Source of the DNA: Balanoglossus misakiensis
Lineage: Eukaryota; Animalia; Hemichordata
Length of the DNA stretch: 64,000 nucleotides
Assembly: GCA_040954595.2 (NCBI GenBank)
Contig: CM082592.2
Coordinates: 10,316,731-10,380,730, forward strand
Reading direction: 5' to 3'
In this document: positions 14,946 through 35,431 of the stretch, piece by piece
Layout of the letters: each line of letters opens with the position of its first letter
Numbering within the stretch: position 1 is the first letter of the stretch
Made by a program: the position numbers and the translations under genes
Notes under the pieces: generated by a model
The model's input: only the letters and a program-made list of their open reading frames with translations
Told to the model about the DNA's origin: nothing
The model's database searches: none

Positions 14946-16172
14946 ATGTCACTGGACGGGACAGAAGTTGCTATTGAAGGGTTCTGTGTTGTCCTCTACG
15001 CTTTAATCACCATCTTTGGTATCCTTGGAAACATTGTGGTGTGTCACGTTGTCGTTGCCAACAGAAGAATGAGAACGCCGAGCAACTACCAATTGGTCTC
15101 TCTGGCCATTGCAGACAGTATGGTCTGTATCGTTGTATCGCCAATGCGCTTAATCCTCACCGTCAAAATCCTGCGTGACAATCAAGACGAGCTGTTGGAC
15201 AGCTACGTAACCCTGTGTAAAGTACAGACATTTGTGATCAACGTTTCTGGCATCATCAGCATAGTTACTTTGGCGTCGTTGAGTGTGATACGGGCTCTGG
15301 CGATCGTTGGGAAGTACCAGAAGCAGACACTGAAAACGCTGATCAAAATATTCATCATTTTCAGTTACGTGATCGGTTTTGCCGTGGGTTGCATAAAACT
15401 GGGCACCGGCGACCAAGCCTTCATATCTTGCTTCATCCCAACGGATGAATCCTCTACAAGTAACTCTATGAATTATCTGATTATGATCATTGTACTCACG
15501 TGCCTGATCCATATTACAGTAGCCTATACTTGCATTTCGGTGTCTACAAGATGCCACCAGCGATCCGTTGTCCCTTGGCTTCAGCAACACCAGAACCAAG
15601 CGGCCTCTCAGAACCGCATGGACATTGCTACGTTCAGGGTGTCCATCACAATAATCCTCTGCTACTTCTCCACCTATCTGCCTGTCGCCGTGTACTTCTT
15701 TGTGACCGAAAGCCCGGTTCTTCAAGTAAACACACACTATGTCAACCTTCTGTTGATGTTGGTGTGTTTCGGAAGCGTTGCCAACCCGTTCGTGTACGCG
15801 CTGATGTCGAAAGCCTTTCGGCGCCATCTAAAACGCCGAGACCTCACAAATCAGTCTACAACCACCGCTCCTAACAGATCGAGAGAAAATCGCGTGTGTC
15901 CGGCAACGACTGTGGAAGAATTGACGACGCCTCCCAACAGAGGAGGACTGGCGCGCAATTTTAAGAGTGACGGGATCTTGCCCTCGACATCTATGGACAG
16001 CACCAATGTAACCAAAATTTCGACTGACGAGGCGAGCTTTCGGTCGAAAAGCCATACCATACGCGAATGTGAAATTTCATGCGTAAGCTCTCAAGACCTG
16101 GAAGATATTTTGGGAGTCGACCAAGTTCTAGGCCCTGAACATTCACAATTTCGAACTGAAAAACTGTGTTAA
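14946..16172 (+). CDS. Intronless class A (rhodopsin-like) GPCR, orphan, ~408 aa
   Basis: First ATG at 14946 (the track's 14901 start is TTG). Seven hydrophobic segments: TM1 GILGN, TM2 SLAIAD, TM3 Cys (TLCK) and IRA at the DRY position, ECL2 Cys (FISCF), TM6 TYLP, TM7 NPFVY. Helix 8 SKAFRR and a Ser/Thr-rich tail follow. AATAAA at 16861. Confidence 0.92.
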   Translation: MSLDGTEVAIEGFCVVLYALITIFGILGNIVVCHVVVANRRMRTPSNYQLVSLAIADSMVCIVVSPMRLILTVKILRDNQDELLDSYVTLCKVQTFVINVSGIISIVTLASLSVIRALAIVGKYQKQTLKTLIKIFIIFSYVIGFAVGCIKLGTGDQAFISCFIPTDESSTSNSMNYLIMIIVLTCLIHITVAYTCISVSTRCHQRSVVPWLQQHQNQAASQNRMDIATFRVSITIILCYFSTYLPVAVYFFVTESPVLQVNTHYVNLLLMLVCFGSVANPFVYALMSKAFRRHLKRRDLTNQSTTTAPNRSRENRVCPATTVEELTTPPNRGGLARNFKSDGILPSTSMDSTNVTKISTDEASFRSKSHTIRECEISCVSSQDLEDILGVDQVLGPEHSQFRTEKLC

Positions 16173-18746
16173 TGACCAATAAGCATGCGGCTGACCAATC
16201 GACCAATTTCTCTGAACGGAAACGACTCATCATCAGGTTTACGCCTAGATGGCAAATTTACAACGCGACTAATTTATTGTACTGTCGTAATGATATGCTT
16301 ATAATTAGCGAAAGCAATTTTTGGAACGTACTAGTACATTTGTCGCGTCATTTTGTATGATAACTGACTCAAACTATTCTGTTTTATTTTAAAGGTACAA
16401 TGTATTGATTTTTTTTCTATATTCAAGTTCTTGGCATGTAGTTATCAGAATGTTTACGCTATGTAGCAGGCATATGCCTATTGTTCAGCTTCAAACGTGC
16501 CGTGATTTGTTCAATCAACTTAATGAGTCCGATTTCAAATATTACATCTTTCAAACCAGCACATTTTTTGGAGGAACTACTAACAATAGGTTTTTACAAG
16601 AATGGCGTATGTAGTCCAACCATTCAGTTAAAAAGGAAATCATTACGAAATAATTCATTGTTATAACGGATACTTATCATATTTGCGCATTTTATCTAGC
16701 GAAAATGTCGTTGCGCTTCTTGATTAAACAATCCTTTGAATGACCAAGCATTGCGTTATTTTTAGACTAAGAATTTGCACATAAACATTTGTTATGTATT
16801 CATGCTTGTTGAGATCGGAATTACTGGAAGAATTGTCGATGTACGCGATATGTAATATATAATAAAGAAAGTTATGTTTTTGGGCGTCTTTATTCAAATT
16901 TATGCCACCATTTATATTTAGATTTTATATTTAGATATTACGAATAACAACGATAATTTATAAGTCGCATCAGGGAGCTATACCACCTGTGGTAGCGCCA
17001 TAGTCGCGTATACACACATGTATAATTCATTAATTGCTATACTTTCAATGACGTCAGTAGCGCAAGTATAAGATAGGGAGAAGTGCTATTAGTTATAACG
17101 ATTTTCAGCTGTGCAAGGATTCAACAAACATTATCACAGAACAAACTAGAACCAATTGTTTATGCATAGGCTATTTCTACCAGCCGATGACCCATAGCCA
17201 ATATTTTACCTGACTATATAGGTATTGCATACGGGAGTCCTGGACAGAAGTTCCAAAATCGAAACTTTTTTTTTCCAGAAAATTTTATCATTCTGTGCTC
17301 TGGAAACTGCATGATAGTTAGGATTTGTTAAATTTATTTTAATGAAGAAAAGTGACATTTTATCTTTTGATCGCTTCTCAATTTCGTGACTGGAGGCGTA
17401 TTTTCTTTATCCATTTTTGACATATCGAGATAAATGTCAAACGGCATTCGTTAAACCATTGATTTGTTCAGACAAATATAATCTTTCGGCCTAGGAGACT
17501 AAAAATGTAGTTGTACGATATTGGATTATACCTTAAAGTGGCCCTGAAGCAATAATTAATGGTGCATAGAGTATCAATTGACTTCAATTTGTCCAAAAAA
17601 TAAGGAACTGCGTAATCATTAATTCATCAACATGAAATTTTACTTCAGACACGACATTTAGAAAAAGGGAATCTTTCTAAACATAAGTGACCGACGGGCA
17701 AGTGCCGCCAAAAGTAAAACCGCATCATATAGAAAATCATCAACATCTGTACATGAATAGAAATGAATTTTGCAAAAGTTCTAAAATTCAGTAATCATGA
17801 GGGGTTTCAGAGGAGGTGTTTACTGATCTAAAATCAGATCATTTGCGATAGCGGCAGTTAAAATAGTGTAAAATCATGAAGCTGTAATCCAGTGAAGTCA
17901 CTGAATCCAAAATTCGATTTACAAAACTCAAAAGGAGGCGAAGTGCAGCTCTCCCTGGATTCATGGTTTCAGAAGTCACCACCCAGCAAGTAGCAATGTT
18001 GGCTGGCCGGTACCCTGCCTCGATCAGAGACAAGCGTGTATATATACGAGACGCGTCTTGCCTGTCTAGTCACTTGAGACGCAGTATTCAGCGATGTAGC
18101 AACGCTGACCGAAAAAAAACCGTCGCTGGAGGCGCTAGCTGAGCTCAGGGGGGGGGGGGGGGGGAGTTCGTGTGTAAACAATACCCGAGGGCCATTTATG
18201 TAAATGTCTTAGGGAGATGACCAAATATACACCATTTGGTCGCAGACATGCAGGCATGTATGCATAGACATACAGACAGGTATACAACAATGAGATCGTC
18301 CATAATGTAGAGATTCACAAGCATGGTGGCATGTTTTATGAACAAAACTCTTTATTTCATTTGAAGAGAAGTACAACTCTTTGATTAAGACCTAAGACAG
18401 TCAGTAGCTAGGGCAGACAAGAAACCAACTCATTATTCGGCCTACAAAATGTTATTCATTCACTTAAAACGCTACTGTTTGAAAATGTCCTACGACCGGC
18501 ATTTCCTTTTCAATGCTCGGTTATAAAAGTATCACAAAATCAGCTTATAAAAATATTATTTTCGTTTAACATAGGTTAAGCTTATGTTGAAAACTTTAAC
18601 ACAAGCTGTGAAAACGTTGCTACCTTACAATAATGACGATGACATCCCTAGTTTAAAGTACTTTCAGGTTAACATACTAGTATATAAAGCGTAGGTTATG
18701 TCAAAGTAATGCACGTTCACAGATCTGATGGTGCAAATGTTAACGG

Positions 18747-20274
18747 CTAACAGTAAAGGATGTAAGTACAGCGACGATACCACCATCCGTCTCCCAAGTA
18801 GGTATATCTGCAGTATCTAATCCAGAAGCAGCCACGTTTCTCAACATCTTGATCGCCATGTGGAAGTGACGTCAGCCAGTAGATGTTTCTTCCTTCACAC
18901 TTGTTGCTGATAGTTTCGCCCACAACAGCTCGATTTATGATTGGTCTGCCAGCCAGAGTCAGGAACTCGTCCTTTTCGTCCTTCTCTGAATTATCATCCT
19001 GAAAAATATCAATGTAATATTGGTGTTAACGAGATGATTTCTGGAAAAAAACATACAAACGGCAACGCGTTGTTTGGAGTAAGTTAGAACATGTTGGTAT
19101 GATGTGGCGCTTTTGAATATAAGGAATAAACACATTGCGTCCACTTGCTGTACTCTTTGTTGAAAACACATCTTGATTGACACTTTAGTTTTGAGTTACT
19201 TGACCGCGTCCATGTTCAGAAATGTCAATGGCAACACCCTCAGTACATATTGCGTTTTTTCTTACCTCCGACTTGGAGTTTTCTTCGAGACCTGATTTCA
19301 AGTCGGATGGCGGGACGTCGTCATTGCTCAATGGCCTCACGTAACAGTTGTCGCCGTCCTTAGGAATGATGGCTTCAAGTCCCTGTAAGAAAGGTACACG
19401 AGATACGACATTGAGATAGGAGTCTGCTTTCATTTTACACTTATGCGAAAACAGGTGAACGTGGGGTTACGAAACACAATACCCTCCTCAGATGTGGTTG
19501 TCAGACCGTAAGCTGCGAACACTCGATCCGCTAAAAATGACAACAATTAACACTTCTTTGTTGGACTCTTCGGCAGAGTGATTTGTACGCTCAAGGGTTT
19601 TTTGGCGCGATGAAGAAATGGACTCTGATTTGAAACAATCTTGTGCTGTTTTCAGCAGATTTGACCGACTCATCCTTTTTTAAAAATAAAAATGAAATAT
19701 TTTGGCTTGATCTCTTGTAAAGCGTAAAACTAACGTCGATGCCGCATTGAACGGTATACTGGCAGTTTGAACATTAAACCAGCTGAAATTTATAAAAAAG
19801 TGAAAAGTTCATATTAATAATACACTTGAATTGACATGCTTACCGTGTTAAAGTCTTCAACAATGTCTGCTTCATCTGAATCTACAGATTTAAATATTTC
19901 TACGTTCTTCTCTTCATCAATGATGACTGTTTCTTCTCTCTCTTTGCCATCGTTCTTTACAACGATCGTGTATGTGGTTTCCTACAAAAGGGACAGAAAA
20001 TCGTTAACTGAATATGTAGTTTTCAAATTCAAAGAAAATCAAACTTGAAGTTCGCTTCGATAAAAAAATGCTATGGTAAATTGGAACTGAAAAAAAAACG
20101 TTTAGGCGATTGGCTCGCAAGACTATCAAAACGAAAAAAAATATAACCAGTAAGTTAAACTCTTAGCTTTAGCACAAATTTAAAAAATACCTTGGAATCC
20201 TCAGATTCTTCTGTAGGAGCGCAATGGACAGCCACTACCAAAAGACAAGCGACGGCAATCACCAAGGTTTTCAT
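18747..20274 (-). CDS. Secreted BRICHOS-domain propeptide precursor B (196 aa) with C-terminal 28-aa arenicin-like peptide
   Basis: Exons 20191-20274, 19844-19981, 19266-19382, 18747-18998, all phase-0 GT-AG. Signal peptide MKTLVIAVACLLVVAVHCA. BRICHOS motifs IVEDFNT/GLEAIIPKDGDNCYVRPL and NRAVVGETISNKCEGRNIYWL. Ends VEKR|GCFWIRYCRYTYLGDGWWYRRCTYILYC*. Minus-strand AATAAA at 18351-18356. Confidence 0.9.
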
Positions 20275-20349
20275 ATTGTCAGTGATGGTTGGTTTCTCTG
20301 CTCAAATTTTCGTGGTCGGTTGAAGCTTCTTCAATCTGCTTGGCTCAAA

Positions 20350-20384
20350 CGATGACAGTTTGCAGGGCATGGCACGCTTATATA
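20350..20384 (-). promoter_or_regulatory. TATA box and Inr-like site of BRICHOS gene B
   Basis: TATATAAG (20384-20377) with a TCA Inr-like A at 20353, 31 nt downstream and ~80 nt before the ATG. Confidence 0.6.
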
Positions 20385-22289
20385 CATTTTGTCCACCAGG
20401 AAATAAGGGGAAAAAGTCTCACGCGTATCGTGATGGTAATTAAAGTTGTTGTTTTTTTCACATTCTTTGACATTGAAACAGCAAATCCGGGTTGTGTCCG
20501 GGTTGCAATGCTGCCCGATTGTTAAAGTTCGCGTAATTTTTCTCATCCGGGCATACGCCTATGGTATATTGTTTACTCTAACAAAGCTTTACATTGAAGT
20601 CTCGGTTGAGTTAGCATCGGGAAAACACCGTCTGTGCACCGTACGTGCACCGTACGCCGCAATAGGCACGCAACATTCCCGTTATTCTATTCACATTTCG
20701 GACACAGGTAGCGACACACCTACTTGCGCCGTCTTTTCCTCGAGTACAACAGTAAAACGCATCTTGAAAACTTCACAGCTACTGAAATGCACAATTTACC
20801 TTAATTTCACTTTAAAAAAACGTTTTGAAGCCCTGGTGAAACAGTCCAATGAAAAACGTAGATACCAACGGGAGGAAAAGTTTTCGTGCAATTCTCGATA
20901 AAGTCATTATCATATTTGTACGATTTGAATTTAGGATGATTATCTATATATTCTCATTAATTTGCACAATTCTCCCCAAATCGGCTAAATTGGTACTGAA
21001 AACTGAGAGAGTCGTGAGGTTATGAACTTTTTCGAAATACGAGGAGTTGAAAATCTTTAGAAAACAATTGAACAGTAAGGTTTGCACGTGCAATAGTGGG
21101 CGTTTGCCAGAGTGACCGTAAACCTTTAAATAACTCGGATACCTGGAAATACGATCTCTGAGCACAACACAAACCGGATCTACCAAGTCAAGGGACCATT
21201 CAATTCTAACGATAAACTACATGTATAAGGAAACGTAGGACTGATTAACATATGAAAGAGCCTCACGCCATTCATCCGGGTTCATCATGGCAGACATCTG
21301 CAGTGCACTCACTCTCAGTGTCAAATCTGCAAACACAAAATTGCGTACGACTAATGCAATACACGAAAACAGGTTTTACGAAAAACAACCTCATTTCAAG
21401 AACCATCAAAGTGTTTTCAAGACAACTAATGTTCTTTTACGGACGACATTGAACCAAAAAGTGGTAAAGCACTTTGTCAATCAGGCCACCCATGTGAAAA
21501 TAGGCAATCCAGGCAAAGCTGATCCTTTTCACTAATGGTTTGAAGCATGTCGAGGGTCAAGTCATACAATTCCACTGACACCAATAGTTTTCATATTTAT
21601 ACAAAAAACGACTACACGCAATTAATAGTCTTGAATCCAGACTCGTGACGAGCGAAAAACACACAACTCAGACTTAGATTCCAGACTTAGATTTGTGACC
21701 CCTTTCAGGAAAATCAATGTCAGTGTTATTGGATAAAAACACGGACAAATATCCAGGGAAAATACAAGCGGTATACCACCAGTGACGTCAGGTAGATTTT
21801 ATTGTCACAGTTATCGACAGAAATGCAGATTATCGGTGAAAAGTGTTTTTTTCACATTATCATGTGGACTGAATACGAAAACTGCTGTGTGAACTGAACA
21901 TTTTTCATAGTGATAATTAAAAGTAACTTTCTAAAAGTAAATACTAGACTTTGAAGTGTGTTCCAGGTGGCCCCCATATCCATGTCAAATGAAGTCGAAC
22001 CAGCTGTTCGACGGATAAAACTTGTACCACTCTTTCACTAGTTTGTATCCGTGATAGCACCCACGTGGCATGACGTCAAGTTGTTGCTGGGGGCAATGCA
22101 TTGAGATTATAATGAAGGTACAAATATGTGCAAGTATATAGACAAGTATGGTGTCATCGCTTAGAGACATTACATCAAAGTGATCAATGGCGAAGATATC
22201 GAGATTAGGCCACAACCACTATAACTTGGGATATACATTGTGTAGTAAGTCGGAAAGGTTGGCTTTCCAGGATTCTTTTAAGTATAAAA

Positions 22290-29355
<7,066 letters not shown>

Positions 29356-29519
29356 TGTAGTTCAAAGCACACGTGTACTCTTGAAGAACAGCGAACAGTT
29401 TCGGAAAAGAACAGCAACTGATAGCTTCTTTTTCTGTCCCCCTTCTCGCCACGTCACTTCAATTCACTCCCAGAGCTCTTCGTGAAAGATTCGACGCAAC
29501 CCTGTACCCTCCAGAGCTT

Positions 29520-29695
29520 GGACGGTGACGCGTGACTTGACGTGGCGCGGCGACGCTGCTTCCGAAGGGGACTGCAGGTGACCAGTTGTCAGCACGGCGA
29601 GCTTGCGGATTGGCTGAGCATGCTCAGACAGGCCAGGTGAGAAACTTCATATGCAAATGTACATTGATTGGGGCGTGTCATTTTGCATATTACAT
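29520..29695. promoter_or_regulatory. GC/CpG-rich proximal promoter region of the protease gene
   Basis: TGACG half-sites, two GATTGG (CCAAT) boxes, octamer ATGCAAAT at 29651-29658 and TTTGCAT at ~29682, all within 350 bp of the ATG. Motif-level evidence only. Confidence 0.4.
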
Positions 29696-32600
29696 TTCAA
29701 CTCTTCTTTTATGAAGTCATCTCAAGGAATTCTCGGACATTTTGATGGACGCCACCTACGTTGAAATGTGTCTTGTTTTATCACTTTCAGTTGGCCTGTT
29801 GGTGGCGGTTTGCGATTAGACTGACGCAGGGTTGATGCGAAATTAGACTCTGTGCATTAACAGAGCGTTGTAGGCGTAACTTACTTCAAAAAATTATATT
29901 GCAAACCTCTCCTAGCTTTCGGCAGTTACATCAACTTTTCCCCGTTCAAATGACAAATACACTGCAAAAACACAGCCATAAATAAATGATGGGCGAGTTT
30001 TAAAAGTAGAGGGATCAAGAAGGACGAGTTGTGGTATTATAATAGAAAATTTATAAGACGCCCGAGGGGCCAGGATCCCATTTTCAACTTGAATTGTGTG
30101 AGTCGAAAAATGGTGATCGCTTTAACTGGTCCAGCTATAAAGAAGTCGGTCATGATTTGTGTAATTTTCGTACGCGTACTTACGCTTGCATGGCTGGGAG
30201 CGGCCCGAAAATGACTTAGAACTTGGTTTATAGACAAAGTTATTGCGATTTCCGTTCGCAGTTGGGTATATCGGGATCGAAAACCTCCCATGGAGAAAAT
30301 TCCCCGGAGAGGCGGCAGAGAATTTATGATGACTGGAGAAAATACAGGTTGTTCATTATTTTATTAGTGAGATTAGGGACAGCAGAACACACTTCTGTTT
30401 TTAAACTAACATACATAGCTAAATGGAAATTTCGATTACAACAGAAAGTTTTACCCTCCACAAGTCGTAACAGAGAAAACTTTGGAACAAGGTGCACGGT
30501 GATCTTGTGTATCACGTGGTCCTCTACGCAAAGACTGTGATGTGATAAGAGTATATAGTCTCTGAAAATCTAGGAAATTCACCGGAGTTGCAGTTCATTG
30601 GTTTGTGGATAATTCTTTATTATTATTATCACAAAATCTCAATTTTAATGCGTCTCAGAGAGAAAAGTGCTACTTTTCGTGAAATTTTAATGCACAATGA
30701 TACGGCGACGGTACTCAACGGTGTATCAGTAACTCGGAATACGCGCATTTTTGCTTCTTGAATTATTTAATGATAGTCAGAACGCACAGGTAAATATTTA
30801 ATTCATGTTCATCAAAATCTTCGCCACTGGCAGTGTTTTTTTTCCGTCTCGTCTACAATGCGGGAATAAAACCTAATATAGGAAAGACAGTTTACTATTA
30901 TTACGAGTATCGTCCTTGTGATTCTTCAATGCTGGGGTTCATTCATTGTTGAAAAAAAAATCTGTAAAATTTACCACCAACGGAGATCAGTCTATGGGGA
31001 CACATTCTAAGAAAAGCGCAACCTGCTACAGTTTTCTAAAATAAATGTAGTATTAGTGAACGAGCATCGATCAGAGCTTGCATAAAATTTTGTCAAAATG
31101 TTTGTTTGAAAGTTTATGATAGCTTCCATCTTTTAGGATACGCTACGAGATAAAATTTCTACATGACTGGCTTACACAAGTGTATCGGTGCATTTCTCGA
31201 TATACTTAAAGTACAAAAGCGTGATATAACTTTACTAATAGTAGCAATTTGATTTGCTTCATTGCTATTGTCATCACTCGCGCTTTGACCATGTATTGTA
31301 CGTGCAGAACAGAACTCGGGCCCTCAAGCGAAAGGAAAAGTTGGGGAGACAAGCTGGGTTTCACTGCTGCCACATTGTCAACTGACAAGGTTAATAGGGG
31401 TCACCCACAGATGTGTTTTCACGACAGCCATCTCTCTAATATTACAGCCACACGACCCATGGGCATCCCATTTCATGGGTGTTCTATTTCTCCACTGAAA
31501 GCTCCCTACAGAAATCGCCATAATCAGATGATGTACACTGAATAGCAAAGTCGACCGTCGGACTGTCGAGTACTACGACTGTATATAGCCTGAGGGTTAA
31601 ACAATTATATTGGAAATTAACATGAATAGAACTGCTCTGATAACTATATAACTACGTTTTCATATTCGCGTGTCGAGATTGTAGTTGTAGATAAAAAGCC
31701 CCGGTGTATTAGATTATCATTTAATGGCATTTGCTCCAACCATGTGATGACTTTGTTGGTTTTAGCAAAGTTGGCGTTCAACGCCCTTGGGATGTTGCTG
31801 GTTTATGTAGCTGATGGCTTGACCATCCATTACCCTCGCTGATCTCAAACAGAACAAGATTGAATTGATTTAGCAAACCGGTCTATCTGATGTTTCCGTG
31901 AGATCGATGGGAATAATTGCATAAATGACATTTCAATCTGGTGCTGAAGCTAAGCCCGGGGCCACAATTACCTGTATTTGCCATTATGAAGTGTTTTCAA
32001 TCACGTACCGATCACCTGCCTTCATATTATTTTACCTTTTTGTCCATTTCTACTTTGACTCTCTTCTTTGCATGGAACTTTTTTCTTCTTCTCGAGTCAA
32101 AGTTCACAGCGTTTTATGCTTTGAGTAACCCGCCGCGAGGTATAAAAACACAAGTCGAATTTTCCAGAACACGCCACAGGTGGAAAGATAGAGGCCGAAC
32201 CCGCCCCGCTGACATGACATATGCCGAAACTTAATGGGAAAATAAATTATATATAAATTTCACAATCAGATCAATACAAGGGAATGTGCATCTGTATTTC
32301 AGGCAAACAGGCAAAACACGGGTATGCACAGCTCAAGTATTTCTGCAAAGCACCCACGTGTCCATACTGATCAATGACAGAAATTCCTTTCTCATCTGGA
32401 ACCCAAACCACACAACTAATGACCCCCTCTCGCGTCAATGAGGAAACTAACTCAATCAAGAGTACATGGCCATGAGTCTTTCTCTGTATTGGACTTTGGT
32501 GGTAAAATGAATGATGCGTACACGCGTGGAGACATTGGCTACCATTTTTCCCGTCAAACTCCAACATTAGCATTCAATTTAACCATTTCAGGTACGGCCT

Positions 32601-35384
32601 TCACCTGTCTGTGCAAACTATTATCTTATCAAATAGGAGGCCTTAACCTGTTAACAATGTATGCTTAGAACAAGAAGTTGTAGTTGGCACACGTAACAAA
32701 GGTTTTTTTTAAATATCCAGAAGTTGCACGTACATAGTCTAATCAAGACTTGGCAACCGTAACTTCTACCGCCAAGTAGCCGTAACGGTAGCCAATCATA
32801 TACAGAGTACAGGGCCTGCAGGGAGTACACTTATTATTTATCTGCCGCCAAACTACGAAGGTTTCTATATTCATACAACTGCAAGCGTCTGGCAATGGGG
32901 TCACAAATGTCAGGGCGGGAACAGGGTGGATCCATCTGTCGGCCACCTGTGTATCTTTGCCCCATTAAAAGTCAAGCCAGAGTAGGACCAACCACTGCCG
33001 TCTGTGCTTGCGAAAATAGCAACCTAATCTGCTCGCTGGTGGAGGCTTTTCGGTATCCATAATTATGCCGTGTTTACCTTTATGTTGGTATAAACCGATT
33101 TATTGTAACTGTTCTAAATAAATCAAACTGTAAACGTGCGTGTTCTTTTGAGTTAGACCTTTGATCAGTATATTTGTTAGCGCCTTTACCTTGCCATTGC
33201 TATAGCAACGCCAGGTCAACAACACCGCGCATATGTATTCTGAGCGCATCATTTTTAGATTCACTTGCTTTACATAATGGGAACTTCTTGTCTGCAATCC
33301 GATATGGCTAACCTTACTGTCTATCTGAACAGAAATGAACATGTCAAAATGTCAATCAACGTGTACGTGGTCCCTTGTAACAATACAGGACATAGTCTTG
33401 TCCGGGTCGCTGTGTTTGCGCGCGCAGCCTGTTTTGACTGTGAACGAGGTTAGTGACCATTTGCCAACATGTCCTAAAAACCTTGAATCATTTATCGTCC
33501 CGTCGTTTACCCCATGGGTCACGTGAGTGGGCTGGTAGTAGACACATTATGCTGAAAATATTCATACCCACTTTTGGTTCTATTTTAAACAGTGATACGA
33601 AGTCTGGGGACAACACAACATGGGACCATAAAAATTTTCGTGTATTCGCTGGGGTCGGGGGGGGGGCGTGAACAATGCAGGGTACAATCATACAAGTGGC
33701 GTGTTTTTTGCAAATGATATATATACCGTTCAAGTATTGGGTCACTTTTCCCGCCATATTATGATCGGTAGGTACAGGGCGTGACCCTCGGAGTCACAAA
33801 AAGCAGAAGTTGTAGAGCAATATGTGTCACCCCTATAGTAAGAATTGCGGTTTTCTCTTTGTACTGCAGTGAGTCACAGCTATATTAATTCGCGTGAGTC
33901 ATCACCGCCCTACATGTGTGGGTATAGCCTTTCAAATCGTATATTCCAGAATTTTTTCTCTCTTGCTCACACTTCATAGATTCCAGTTACCGGGCAAGGA
34001 CTTTTTTTGCGTTATGTCACGATACAATTTCACCTACTGTATAACTTATCAGATTTATCGAAGTCGCATTGTTGTTGGAATCGCAAAAAAGCTCGGCTCT
34101 TGTCACAAGATAACCATTATTTGATACTGTGGCAATTTTATCCCTTTAAGAAGGGCATTTCATCCGTAAGCGTTAGCGTCAATTTATACTAAGATAGGTT
34201 GGACTGACGTTTGATGGCGACAAAACTGTAACCTAGTCCATCTGGGGTGATGAAACTCTAGTACGTGATTGCCAATAAGACAGTATTGAATTGCCATCAG
34301 ATTTAACAAGGTGCGTGTCATCACGGGTTCCCGCCGTTTCTGACAGAGTGATTGTCACAACACCGCCAACCGTTGCCCTGACAACCACTCTTAAAGCTAC
34401 CAGATGCGTTGTCGTGGTGTGATTTGATTGTACTTGTAATAAAATGCTAAAACAGTTATTGGGACATATTTTTCCCGTCCAGGATAAATGCTCAAATCAG
34501 TCCCAGGTCTGCCCAAACCGTAATTACTGCCACATTTCGCACAAAGTACGTATCTTTCAATGTGATATCTATTACCAGTTTGACAATGCGTCGCACTTGT
34601 AATTATTTCAGCGGTTCGCAAAGCCCCAGTTCCAAAACGGTAAACCTATAGGCTGTTTTATTTCATTCGGTCATTGCTATTTTCCCATTTTGTGTTACTG
34701 TTTATTTCCCGAGGTTATCGGCGAAAACCAAAAGAAAGCTTTTGTCTGGACCGGACCAAGCTATATTCTTCATGCGCACCTATTACTGCTTTGACGTGTG
34801 GCTGACGGAACTTGAACCTTGTGACTTTATTTCTGATGTTGTCGTTATTATATAGGTTATTGGAGCATTGACCTGGCGTCAGCGCTGCAGACTGAACGCG
34901 TGACCGCCTCGAAATGTTTGGCCTCTAGCCAGGGCCTAAAGATGCAAATATAACCATCACATAATACATGTACGGTGCTTCGTTGAGTCCGTGAATTTTA
35001 AGACCCTAGATAGATAGTACACCCAGGCTACTAAATTACTGGTACTATATTGATAATGCAATGTTCAGTGTTGTGTTGTCGCGTGTTGCGATGTGGTGTG
35101 ATGTTTCGAGGGCAATGGTTTTAGAGATTTGAGACAAGTCAGGATACTGTCCTTGAACAAAGTACATCCATATACCTCATACGGAGAGCGACGTGCGCAC
35201 ACAGTAGGACAGCGAACACCGTGAATGTATTTAACTCTACTGTGTGTCTAAATCGCTCGACATGCCAACTTAGTGTCAAATTCTCCCAGGGTGTTCAGCG
35301 TATCTAACAGTCCAGTGAGCAAGAACAATATAACGGTATAAGAGTGCTGAGCATTTGACATGTGCGTGTATGCCAAATGTAGAA

Positions 35385-35400
35385 GATGATGATGATGATG

Positions 35401-35429
<29 letters not shown>
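35385..35429. repeat. (GAT)6(CAT)9 self-complementary microsatellite
   Basis: Directly visible; palindromic around TGATCA. Confidence 0.9.

Positions 35430-35431
<2 letters not shown>

Noticed and set aside
15150-15827. 225-aa antisense ORF
   Set aside because: Shadow frame of the GPCR coding strand with no recognisable motif.
20407-20420. NF-kB-like site upstream of BRICHOS gene B (GGGGAAAAAGTCTC)
   Set aside because: Does not fit the GGGRNNYYCC spacing; too weak.
21985-22215. 76-aa ORF ending in an aromatic/Lys-rich tail, considered as a third peptide gene
   Set aside because: Starts at GTG directly behind the protease stop (likely 3' UTR); no BRICHOS motif or paired Cys pattern.
29630-30350. 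Plus-strand donor (CAG|GTGAGA) and exon-like piece LGISGSKTSHGENSPERRQRIYDDWRKY, suggesting a divergent transcript
   Set aside because: No start codon, continuing exons or recognisable domain; not supportable without RNA data.
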